In this document: in pieces, positions 56,739 through 64,000 of the stretch
Position numbering within the stretch: position 1 is the first letter of the stretch
Layout: each line of letters opens with the position of its first letter
Origin: Escherichia phage PhaxI
Length of the DNA stretch: 64,000 nt
Sequence record: JN673056
Strand: one strand, 5' to 3'
Made by a program: the position numbers and the translations under genes
The notes under the pieces: generated by a model
The model's input: the letters and a program-made list of their open reading frames with translations, nothing else
The model's database searches: none
What the model was told of the DNA's origin: nothing

Positions 56739-58163
56739 TTACCTACTGCACGCGTTGGGGTTTGGGACAAAAATACCCCAGTTCCAATCAAAGAAATTGT
56801 TATACGTACCAACATTATCATCTATCTGATACCCACGAGTGCATAATTCGCCAAAATAACCATAGAATCGCAAGTTACCAGCAACTTGGGTGTCACTGCT
56901 CACCCTTTTAACAACACGTACCGCACAAGGTACATCAGCAGGCCAAGTGCCTTGTGTGATGTTCTCTGAATGTCCACCGAATACGCGAAGGCTATCTGTA
57001 CTTTCAATCCAGAAGCTACAGTTACCGGTTGCATGGTGCGGGTCGTATATATGAATGCGGGTATTATTATTATCGCCACTCTCTGATCGTTCGAAGAAGA
57101 AACCACAGTCAACACGTTCGAAGTTAGGATTCATAATGGAATGGTAATAAGCACCACTATTGCTACCACCTACAGTTGGGCCAGGTTTGAACTTGATACC
57201 AATCTTAACACCACGTGCTCGTGGGTTCTCCATTACACAGAACTGCTGAGATACACGCACTGTTGTTTGAGTTTCATTTTCTGGTGCAATAGCATAGGCG
57301 ATAACGTCAGTGTGGTTACTTGGGTTAATTACTGTTGGATTTATAACGTGGCAGAAATCATGACTCATGCGAATACAGGTAATGTTATTGGCACCTGCCA
57401 CAATCACTGTCCCAGTGAAATCCAGATAGCGAGTTGACATTACATCCTGGGTATATGAACCGTCAAATTTCATTACGAGGCTATTCGTAATGAGATACTT
57501 AGCCCCAGGTCTGCCAACCAACTTACCGAAAGGTATCCCCTCTAGCCACACTAATGCTTCCAACATTGAGGCAGTGTCATTAGTAACCCCATCTCCAATC
57601 GCACCAAACTCTTCAAATGATTTTATTGTAGTAACCCGATGGGCAATTTGGTCAATTGTTGGACCATACTTTGTTAGGTCAGTTATAAGAGACGTAGCCC
57701 CAACACTAACCCAAGCACCCACGCCAATCCCGCCAGATTCTTCTGGTGTTGAACTGGCAGGTACACTTTTAGGCAATGCCCCATCCCAACGGTATCTACC
57801 ATCTGTAAAAGTAACCAATTCATTCTTGGTATTAACAGTTACACCAGTAGAGAATGAACCAGGTAGAGTTACATACTCTTCACGAGTAACAGCTAATGCA
57901 CCAAGGTCTACATTACCTCCAGAATGAACCAATACACCAGCAGTATTAAGACTGACGGCAGTAGTACCAGCACCAAGGTCAGTAGGTAAGGAATAAGCTC
58001 TCTGTGTTACTTTATCATAGATGACTTTATAGCCACTTAATACAGCACCGATAGAGAAGTAAACAACCTCAGATTGCTTAACTCCAAAGTGACGAGCTAC
58101 TGCTTGCTTGTTGGTTAAGATTCCAGTTGAACCTTTTCCACCTTGTGAGAACAGTTCGTTCAT
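56739..58163 (-). CDS. tailspike protein, short (474 aa) with conserved N-terminal module and start of beta-helix
   Basis: N-terminal 140 aa near-identical to residues 275-412 of tailspike at 61088-64000; GAIGDGVTNDTASMLEAL is typical of pectate-lyase-like beta-helix entry. Confidence 0.6.
   Translation of the reverse strand: MNELFSQGGKGSTGILTNKQAVARHFGVKQSEVVYFSIGAVLSGYKVIYDKVTQRAYSLPTDLGAGTTAVSLNTAGVLVHSGGNVDLGALAVTREEYVTLPGSFSTGVTVNTKNELVTFTDGRYRWDGALPKSVPASSTPEESGGIGVGAWVSVGATSLITDLTKYGPTIDQIAHRVTTIKSFEEFGAIGDGVTNDTASMLEALVWLEGIPFGKLVGRPGAKYLITNSLVMKFDGSYTQDVMSTRYLDFTGTVIVAGANNITCIRMSHDFCHVINPTVINPSNHTDVIAYAIAPENETQTTVRVSQQFCVMENPRARGVKIGIKFKPGPTVGGSNSGAYYHSIMNPNFERVDCGFFFERSESGDNNNTRIHIYDPHHATGNCSFWIESTDSLRVFGGHSENITQGTWPADVPCAVRVVKRVSSDTQVAGNLRFYGYFGELCTRGYQIDDNVGTYNNFFDWNWGIFVPNPNACSR
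57690..58100 (-). repeat. tailspike N-terminal module, DNA copy A (paralogous to 62750-63160)
   Basis: Encodes SEVVYFSIGAVLSGYKVIYDKVTQRAY...YRWDGALPKSV..GGIGVGAWVSVG; roughly 80 percent nucleotide identity by eye to copy B. Confidence 0.7.
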
Positions 58164-58213
58164 ACATACCTCTTTGTTTTTCTAGTGATATCCCTCCGAA
58201 GAGGGGTATATTT

Positions 58214-60997
58214 TTAAATAGAAGAATCCAATATACGGTAACTAATTAACTTAGTAGGGTCTACAGGATTAATCAGGTTGTAGTACCGTGAAGATACATA
58301 ATCATTCTCAGAAGAGAACATACCAACATACACTTTAGCACCTACACCAGAACAGGCATCCCCACCAGCATTGCTATCCGAGAAGAATGTTAATGAGGAA
58401 GTTAATCCGAATATAGAATTAAATGGTACGGCTAAATAAGCGCCTCGGAATGACCGTCTGATTCTCTTACCCGTCTGAATATTAAGAATACTCCACCAGA
58501 AATATCCAGGTTTAGCACCAATAGCTATATGATATGGTACACCACTTTGTAGTTTAAGGTCGTTAGGTAAATCCCCAGATAAAATTTGGGTTGTACCATC
58601 GCCCCCCAATAGCAAAGCAATTGTTTGTTTTCCAGAAGCGTCTATAACTAATTGAAGATGAAGACTGTTGGATGTATCACTAAACCCTGAACCAATGGCC
58701 ATGAAGTTAAATACTTCAGCTCCAGATATGGTAGGTACTACAACAGCAGCCATGGTAATACCTTCTGGACCTGCTGTTCTTGAATACAGTAATTTATCTT
58801 TGTTGGCTTGTGATAGTCTCAGACCATTTACTTGCCCTACAGAAGATGGGACACTTACATAAACAGGTGTAGTGCTAACACCATCAAATGTAGGGGTCTC
58901 GTTCATGGTTTGCAAACCAGTCTTGGAATAATTAACCAATCCGTTAATGCTCAGGTCGGAATTGGTGGGGTTGATAATATTGTTATCACCAATAAAGTTA
59001 ATGCCCATATAACCAGTCTCAACCACACCATTAATGGTGACACTACAATCATTAGACAGGAACTGAAAATTGCCTGCACTAGAGTTAGCACCTGAACCAC
59101 TATTCGCGGCATAATTGAGTCCTACGAATCCGTTGATAACTGCATCGCTTTTGTTAAATACGATGTTGTAGAAAGTGTTGTTAGCATTGATGCCGTTACG
59201 ATTGGTGTTCAATCCGTTCATGGAAATTGAATATGAATCGCTAATCTCAATGCCATTCCCGCCACAATCTTGTACCTCAATACCATTAATAACCATATTC
59301 TGGCTGTTATTAATAGTAATGCCTGGGAACTGTCCTACTGTACCATAAGGTTGCCAGTTAGCCCAAATGAATTTACCGCCCAATAAATACGAACCATTAC
59401 CACAACCATCAAGAACCAGACATTGTTTACCGCAGGTATTAACCTGGATATTTGTCCAAGTCCAATCAGTAGTAGCACAACGGACACCCACCTGATTGAT
59501 GTGGTTGACTAAAAGAGAATCTGTAGTAACACTAAAGTTACCACTATCAATATTTAACCCATATTCATCAAAACCTGCTATATGGACCTTAGAAATACAC
59601 AAGTCGCGTCTTGGGTCTGCGGTAGTGTGGAACGGATAATCGGCTGAGAGACCTGAAGGAGTTTCTACATAGATACCTGTTGTGCCCGCAGTAAATGGCA
59701 TGCCTTGTTGTGCACCTGTGCCATATACCCCAAAGGCGTCTAATACAATAAGGGAGCATGTATCTTTTATGGTAATACAATTCCCAGTAGCAGAAGGCAA
59801 CTGATGCAACCTTGAGTAATGTAATCCAGACCCATAAATAGACGACGTATTATATTTTAACTGGATATTGCTAACGTAATGTGCATCAGTTAATTGTGTG
59901 GCCTTACCACTATCCACACAAGATTGTACTGGAATAGTATCATCATTAGAACCACCCAAAGCACCAAACATGAATGGGTTAACTCTATCAGCATTAACAC
60001 GTAACCATGCCGCGCCGCCAACAGTTTTGATCACAGTACCGTTATTATCAGTCTTTCCTGTACCATCAATTAACGCACGGAATACCCCTCCACCAAGAAG
60101 AGTACCCGCAGTGTGTTGCTTAAGAATAATGCGTTGTCCATCCATAGTGGGTTCAGTATTCCTGAGATCAGCAACAGAATGGCATTCTCCAATATACTTG
60201 GCACCATCATTGCGCCCCAGAGTGTTTATCACATTAATAAATGAATCCTCTAAAGGCAACAAATCAACCTGCACATCACCTGGGTTGTAATTCAATTTCC
60301 CAGCAGATACAGAAGAAATGACAGAACCATCAGGAATGGTTGGTAAACCATAACTGGTTTGCGTCGCTATATCATAAACAACTTTCTTCCCATCCAACAA
60401 AGATATGGTGTCCGTACTAACGATGACTTCAGAGTCTTTTACATTAGCAGAACGGGCGATTTCTTGAATACTTCGGTCAAACGCCGGACTGATATTCGGT
60501 TGTTTAACAGACATTTCAGCGACTACCCAAACGCCTGCAGTCAGTGCAGTTTGCAAAGACACTTTCCCTGTCGTGCTGTTATAGGAATATTCAATTTCGG
60601 GTGTTTTGTACTCGCCACCGATATAAAGAGATTGGACACCATAGGATGTGAAATCAGGAGTGAACTCGGTTTCACCTCCCACGGCCTGAAATTTGTATAT
60701 GCGGATACCTTTGGCTGTATCTTCTGGCGAAAGAATTTTATCGAATAAGCAATACACAACATCGCCTTTGGACAATGCGCGCCCGAGATTCAACGTATTT
60801 CCTTCGATTTCAAAGTTGTCTAACGGAACTTGCATACCACCGTTGATTGTGACTACGCCAGTGACAGGATAGAACGGCAAGGAAAGGAAAGTTTCTCCAC
60901 CAACATTTGATTTATACGTGAAAGGAATCTGGTGGGGAGCTGTGATTACGCCGCCGAATAATTCTTCTACATTTCTGGTCATTTGAAAATACCCCAT
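58214..60997 (-). CDS. tailspike protein (927 aa) with beta-helix and C-terminal lectin-like domain
   Basis: Contains weaker copy of shared module (ARSANVKDSEVIVSTD..VVYDIATQTSYGLP), Gly/Asn-rich repetitive beta-helix region, C-terminal domain LHLQLVIDASGKQTIALLLGGDG. Confidence 0.6.
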   Translation of the reverse strand: MGYFQMTRNVEELFGGVITAPHQIPFTYKSNVGGETFLSLPFYPVTGVVTINGGMQVPLDNFEIEGNTLNLGRALSKGDVVYCLFDKILSPEDTAKGIRIYKFQAVGGETEFTPDFTSYGVQSLYIGGEYKTPEIEYSYNSTTGKVSLQTALTAGVWVVAEMSVKQPNISPAFDRSIQEIARSANVKDSEVIVSTDTISLLDGKKVVYDIATQTSYGLPTIPDGSVISSVSAGKLNYNPGDVQVDLLPLEDSFINVINTLGRNDGAKYIGECHSVADLRNTEPTMDGQRIILKQHTAGTLLGGGVFRALIDGTGKTDNNGTVIKTVGGAAWLRVNADRVNPFMFGALGGSNDDTIPVQSCVDSGKATQLTDAHYVSNIQLKYNTSSIYGSGLHYSRLHQLPSATGNCITIKDTCSLIVLDAFGVYGTGAQQGMPFTAGTTGIYVETPSGLSADYPFHTTADPRRDLCISKVHIAGFDEYGLNIDSGNFSVTTDSLLVNHINQVGVRCATTDWTWTNIQVNTCGKQCLVLDGCGNGSYLLGGKFIWANWQPYGTVGQFPGITINNSQNMVINGIEVQDCGGNGIEISDSYSISMNGLNTNRNGINANNTFYNIVFNKSDAVINGFVGLNYAANSGSGANSSAGNFQFLSNDCSVTINGVVETGYMGINFIGDNNIINPTNSDLSINGLVNYSKTGLQTMNETPTFDGVSTTPVYVSVPSSVGQVNGLRLSQANKDKLLYSRTAGPEGITMAAVVVPTISGAEVFNFMAIGSGFSDTSNSLHLQLVIDASGKQTIALLLGGDGTTQILSGDLPNDLKLQSGVPYHIAIGAKPGYFWWSILNIQTGKRIRRSFRGAYLAVPFNSIFGLTSSLTFFSDSNAGGDACSGVGAKVYVGMFSSENDYVSSRYYNLINPVDPTKLISYRILDSSI

Positions 60998-61017
60998 AAA
61001 GGATTTGCCAATATGGG

Positions 61018-61025
61018 GTATTTAG
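61018..61025 (-). promoter_or_regulatory. late-promoter-like motif CTAAATAC upstream of 927-aa tailspike gene
   Basis: Minus-strand CAGCCTAAATACCCCAT about 25 nt upstream of ATG 60997. Confidence 0.4.
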
Positions 61026-61087
61026 GCTGAACTAATAAAATTTATAATAAGATCCCCCCGCTTTTGGCGAGGAGGGATGGTTGTTAA

Positions 61088-64000
61088 TCATATCAATCCG
61101 TAAATGACATTGTGTATTGCAATACCACCAACAATAGAGGAAACATTGAAATTAATTTCAGCTTTGTAAGCTCCTGGCGGAACGCAATCCACCAAAGCAT
61201 AAAAGTTGAACGTGTTTCCTACTGGGATGTTATATCCTATGGAATCCGCGACAGCATTTCCTTGCTGGTCCAGGAATCTAATTGATGCCAGGGTGGTTGT
61301 TGTATTTTTAGCCCAAAAACCAAGTTGAAAATAACGCCCAGGCTCACAGTCAATGATTGTCTGGGTGAAATTAGCCGCTGCACCCACTGATGGTACGGAT
61401 AAGACAAAAGAAGTTGAAAACATTAAATCATTAGGGACATCATTTCCTACAGTAGCGGTGACAACGCCGGATCCAGTTTGTGACAGCGCCCAGTTAGATA
61501 TATTATTAAACTGTCCTGAACCGTTACTAATACTGTTTATATGAGGGCTTACAATGCATCCTAAATCCCAGTTACTTGTGATAAATCCTGCGCGTGGATA
61601 GCAACCTCTAGACATTACTTTTTTACTTAATCCGCCTATCAACTGCCTTGTGGCAAATCCAGTAGCAATCGTTGTATTCCCATAGAGTGGTAGCGAACAA
61701 TTATTTAGAATAACAACCCCATCCCCGTTGTTTACAATAGGTACTGTAGAATAATCATTTGGCAACAGTATCGTCGAATCACTGATGCTTAATCGTGAAC
61801 TACCATCCACAGTAAACCCAACGAAACTCTGACCTGGTTGATACTCAATGTTACCGTTTGTGAAAACCATAGTTGCGTTATCAGATAACGCGACAACAGG
61901 GTCAAAATATCGTGATTTTTTTACTGCTGGCAGAGAGCAGCTATCGAATATAAATTGACCATTAACAAACGTGAAAGGTCCACCGTTGTCAACCATCCAA
62001 CAATGATTAAATTTTATAACCTCACCGGAATTCGCTGGTGAATTGAAAATAACAGAATTTGTAAAACTTCTGGACAACGTACATTTATCAAAAAGAATAC
62101 GATATGCATTATCAAGAAACTCAATTCCGGCAGTTGAGATAAACCCGCAATTAGATATTCTTAACTCTGAGACTTCTCCACTGGTAGAACCACCGATCGC
62201 CAATTTCCTGGTCCCTTTTCCAACAAATGACACTCCAGTCATTAACGCAGTTGCGTTAATTACATCTCTATTGGTGTAATCCGTGTCTGTATTAACAATG
62301 GTTAGATAGTAGCCGCCCGTTGCAGATGCAGATTCTATTAGAGTACATTTATTTTTTCCAATAAGTGCACCTTTTGCTATATCAAAAATAATCGGTGTTG
62401 TTATCTCACCAGAAACAGGGACTACACAGTCAAATCCGACGGCATTTATTTTATTGATGAATATAGCCAAATCTCCGGTTCCTGTATAACCAGCTTCGTA
62501 CACATCCACCACACCGTTGAATAATTTCCTTTTCCAAACGACACCATTGCCTTGGAAAGTAACGATATTATCTACCACAGTATCTGAGTTAACAGCCACC
62601 ATAACACCGCCACCAAGATTAAACCCGTCAACATACGAATCAAGAATTATAGAATCACCAATTAATCCTGCTATTGATGATAATTCAGAAACTGATGATA
62701 CGGTTCCTATATAAGATAAGCCATTCGGTTTATTTAAATTACTTTTCAGAGATGCAACACCAACACTCAACCATGCACCTAAACCAACGCCACCAGATGT
62801 TTCAGGTGTTGAGCCAGCATCGACAGTTTTAGGAAGTGAACCATCCCAGCGATACTTACCGTTCGTATGGGTGAGTAATTCATTTTTAGTATTGATGACA
62901 GCACCAGAATCAAATGTCCCAGACAAGGTAACATACTCTTCACGAGATACAGCTAATGCGCCCAGATCAACACTACCAGCAGAATGCACAAGCACAGCCG
63001 AAGAACTAAGGCTGACCGCCGTGGTTCCAGTCGGTAGCTCTGGAATAAAATATGATCTCTGTGTTACTTTATCATAGATAACTTTATACCCGCTTAACAC
63101 TGCACCAACACTAAAATAAACAACCTCTGTATCTTTAACATTGGTTACACGAGCCACTTCCCGCAAAGTATAATCAATTTGATTATAGATGTTTGGCGTT
63201 CCATTGATAATTACAACAACTTCATCCTCTGCATCCAGTTCTTGCGCAAGAGTGATTTTACTGGTTAATGGATCGAATGTGAACCCCAGGTTTTTATACT
63301 GGCGACTTCCGTTTATATCAATGGCTGGAACATCATCGACAACGATGTCTAACGTGATTTCGGTTTCACCACCAATCGCAGAACCACCATTATAGACCCA
63401 GGTAATCGTAGAAGAACTAGAACCACCGCCATTACCCAATTGAATAGGAGTATATTCTATTACCTGCAATTCAGTGCTGGCTGGCAAAGAAGGACTGAAA
63501 GTGATTACATTCCCATCTAATGAATATTTGGATTCCGCAAGACGTTTTCCGTCAGCATACACGTCCACAATTGTTGGTGGAGTATTGAGAGTGACAGCAC
63601 TTGTTTCAGACGCCAAAATTTGTGTAAAGATTTCACGACTGTAGACACGGCCTTGACCAAGACCGACGCCGGATGTGATAACCCAACCTTGTTCATGTCC
63701 AGACCAAGTGAACGTTGCTGAAACATTATCAGTTGTTATAGCCATGTCTTCAGTGGAACCATACAAATTATTTCCAGAAGGAGACACGGTCAATGGGTAA
63801 GTGGCAAATTTCCCATAAGCATCACAAATAGTAACGGAATCCCCAATACGCGTAGGGGAAGGGAGAACCACTGTAGATGTCCCTGTGGTATTATTAATGA
63901 GATATCCACGACCTTCTAACAAATTGCTAGAGGGAGCGTGAGGGAGCGTTTCCCAGCGTATTCCACCACCCCCCAAAGACAACCAACCACCGTTTTCGTA
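61088..64000 (-). CDS. tailspike protein, 5-prime partial (more than 964 aa; frame open to window end)
   Basis: Track start at 63982 is TTG and frame continues to 64000; contains shared attachment module (residues 275-412) and long beta-helix-like region. Confidence 0.6.
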   Translation of the reverse strand, partial: YENGGWLSLGGGGIRWETLPHAPSSNLLEGRGYLINNTTGTSTVVLPSPTRIGDSVTICDAYGKFATYPLTVSPSGNNLYGSTEDMAITTDNVSATFTWSGHEQGWVITSGVGLGQGRVYSREIFTQILASETSAVTLNTPPTIVDVYADGKRLAESKYSLDGNVITFSPSLPASTELQVIEYTPIQLGNGGGSSSSTITWVYNGGSAIGGETEITLDIVVDDVPAIDINGSRQYKNLGFTFDPLTSKITLAQELDAEDEVVVIINGTPNIYNQIDYTLREVARVTNVKDTEVVYFSVGAVLSGYKVIYDKVTQRSYFIPELPTGTTAVSLSSSAVLVHSAGSVDLGALAVSREEYVTLSGTFDSGAVINTKNELLTHTNGKYRWDGSLPKTVDAGSTPETSGGVGLGAWLSVGVASLKSNLNKPNGLSYIGTVSSVSELSSIAGLIGDSIILDSYVDGFNLGGGVMVAVNSDTVVDNIVTFQGNGVVWKRKLFNGVVDVYEAGYTGTGDLAIFINKINAVGFDCVVPVSGEITTPIIFDIAKGALIGKNKCTLIESASATGGYYLTIVNTDTDYTNRDVINATALMTGVSFVGKGTRKLAIGGSTSGEVSELRISNCGFISTAGIEFLDNAYRILFDKCTLSRSFTNSVIFNSPANSGEVIKFNHCWMVDNGGPFTFVNGQFIFDSCSLPAVKKSRYFDPVVALSDNATMVFTNGNIEYQPGQSFVGFTVDGSSRLSISDSTILLPNDYSTVPIVNNGDGVVILNNCSLPLYGNTTIATGFATRQLIGGLSKKVMSRGCYPRAGFITSNWDLGCIVSPHINSISNGSGQFNNISNWALSQTGSGVVTATVGNDVPNDLMFSTSFVLSVPSVGAAANFTQTIIDCEPGRYFQLGFWAKNTTTTLASIRFLDQQGNAVADSIGYNIPVGNTFNFYALVDCVPPGAYKAEINFNVSSIVGGIAIHNVIYGLI
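62750..63160 (-). repeat. tailspike N-terminal module, DNA copy B
   Basis: Encodes TEVVYFSVGAVLSGYKVIYDKVTQRSY...YRWDGSLPKTV..GGVGLGAWLSVG. Confidence 0.7.

Noticed and set aside
56627-56821. 64-aa ORF overlapping the 3-prime end of the 474-aa tailspike gene
   Set aside because: Out of frame and overlapping; more likely a by-product of the disrupted tailspike region than an independent gene.
58192-58205. Hairpin CCCTC-CGAA-GAGGG between tailspike genes as a minus-strand terminator
   Set aside because: Short 5-bp stem with no T-run on the minus strand; T-rich run is on the plus strand where no gene ends.
61051-61080. Candidate terminator hairpin CCCCCCGC-TTTTG-GCGAGGAGGG after the partial tailspike gene
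   Set aside because: Arms are only partly complementary (needs G-U pairs and a mismatch); kept out of the feature list.

Overview
This window reads as a contiguous segment of a large T4-superfamily myovirus genome; nearly all genes lie on the minus strand in tight, often overlapping operons. Low coordinates carry a replication/recombination module (Rad50-like gp46, Mre11-like gp47, gp55-like late sigma factor, RNase HI, Fe-S SF2 helicase, HU, RegA, clamp loader gp62/gp44, clamp gp45, UvsW, UvsY), interspersed with accessory genes. From about 35 kb the T4 synteny block gp23-gp22-gp21-gp68/67-gp20-gp19-gp18-gp17-gp16-gp15-gp14-gp13 follows, then a 1612-aa structural protein and a cluster of beta-helix tailspike genes that share an N-terminal module, which suggests (by inference) an Ackermannviridae/Vi1-like phage. 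Main hunt results: a 159-aa mini-intein splitting the terminase P-loop; three homing-endonuclease-type insertions in the structural module; an acyl-carrier-protein look-alike whose phosphopantetheine serine is replaced by Asp, next to a 750-aa vWA protein; an SPFH lipoprotein coupled to a small membrane protein; a repeated hairpin-RBS-start cassette; a recurring CTAAATA motif upstream of late genes; and a duplicated tailspike module with one apparently truncated tailspike. All calls rest on manual motif reading and remembered T4 sequences; no database search was run. The ORF track reports TTG/GTG starts as M, so several starts were moved to the first ATG with a Shine-Dalgarno sequence.
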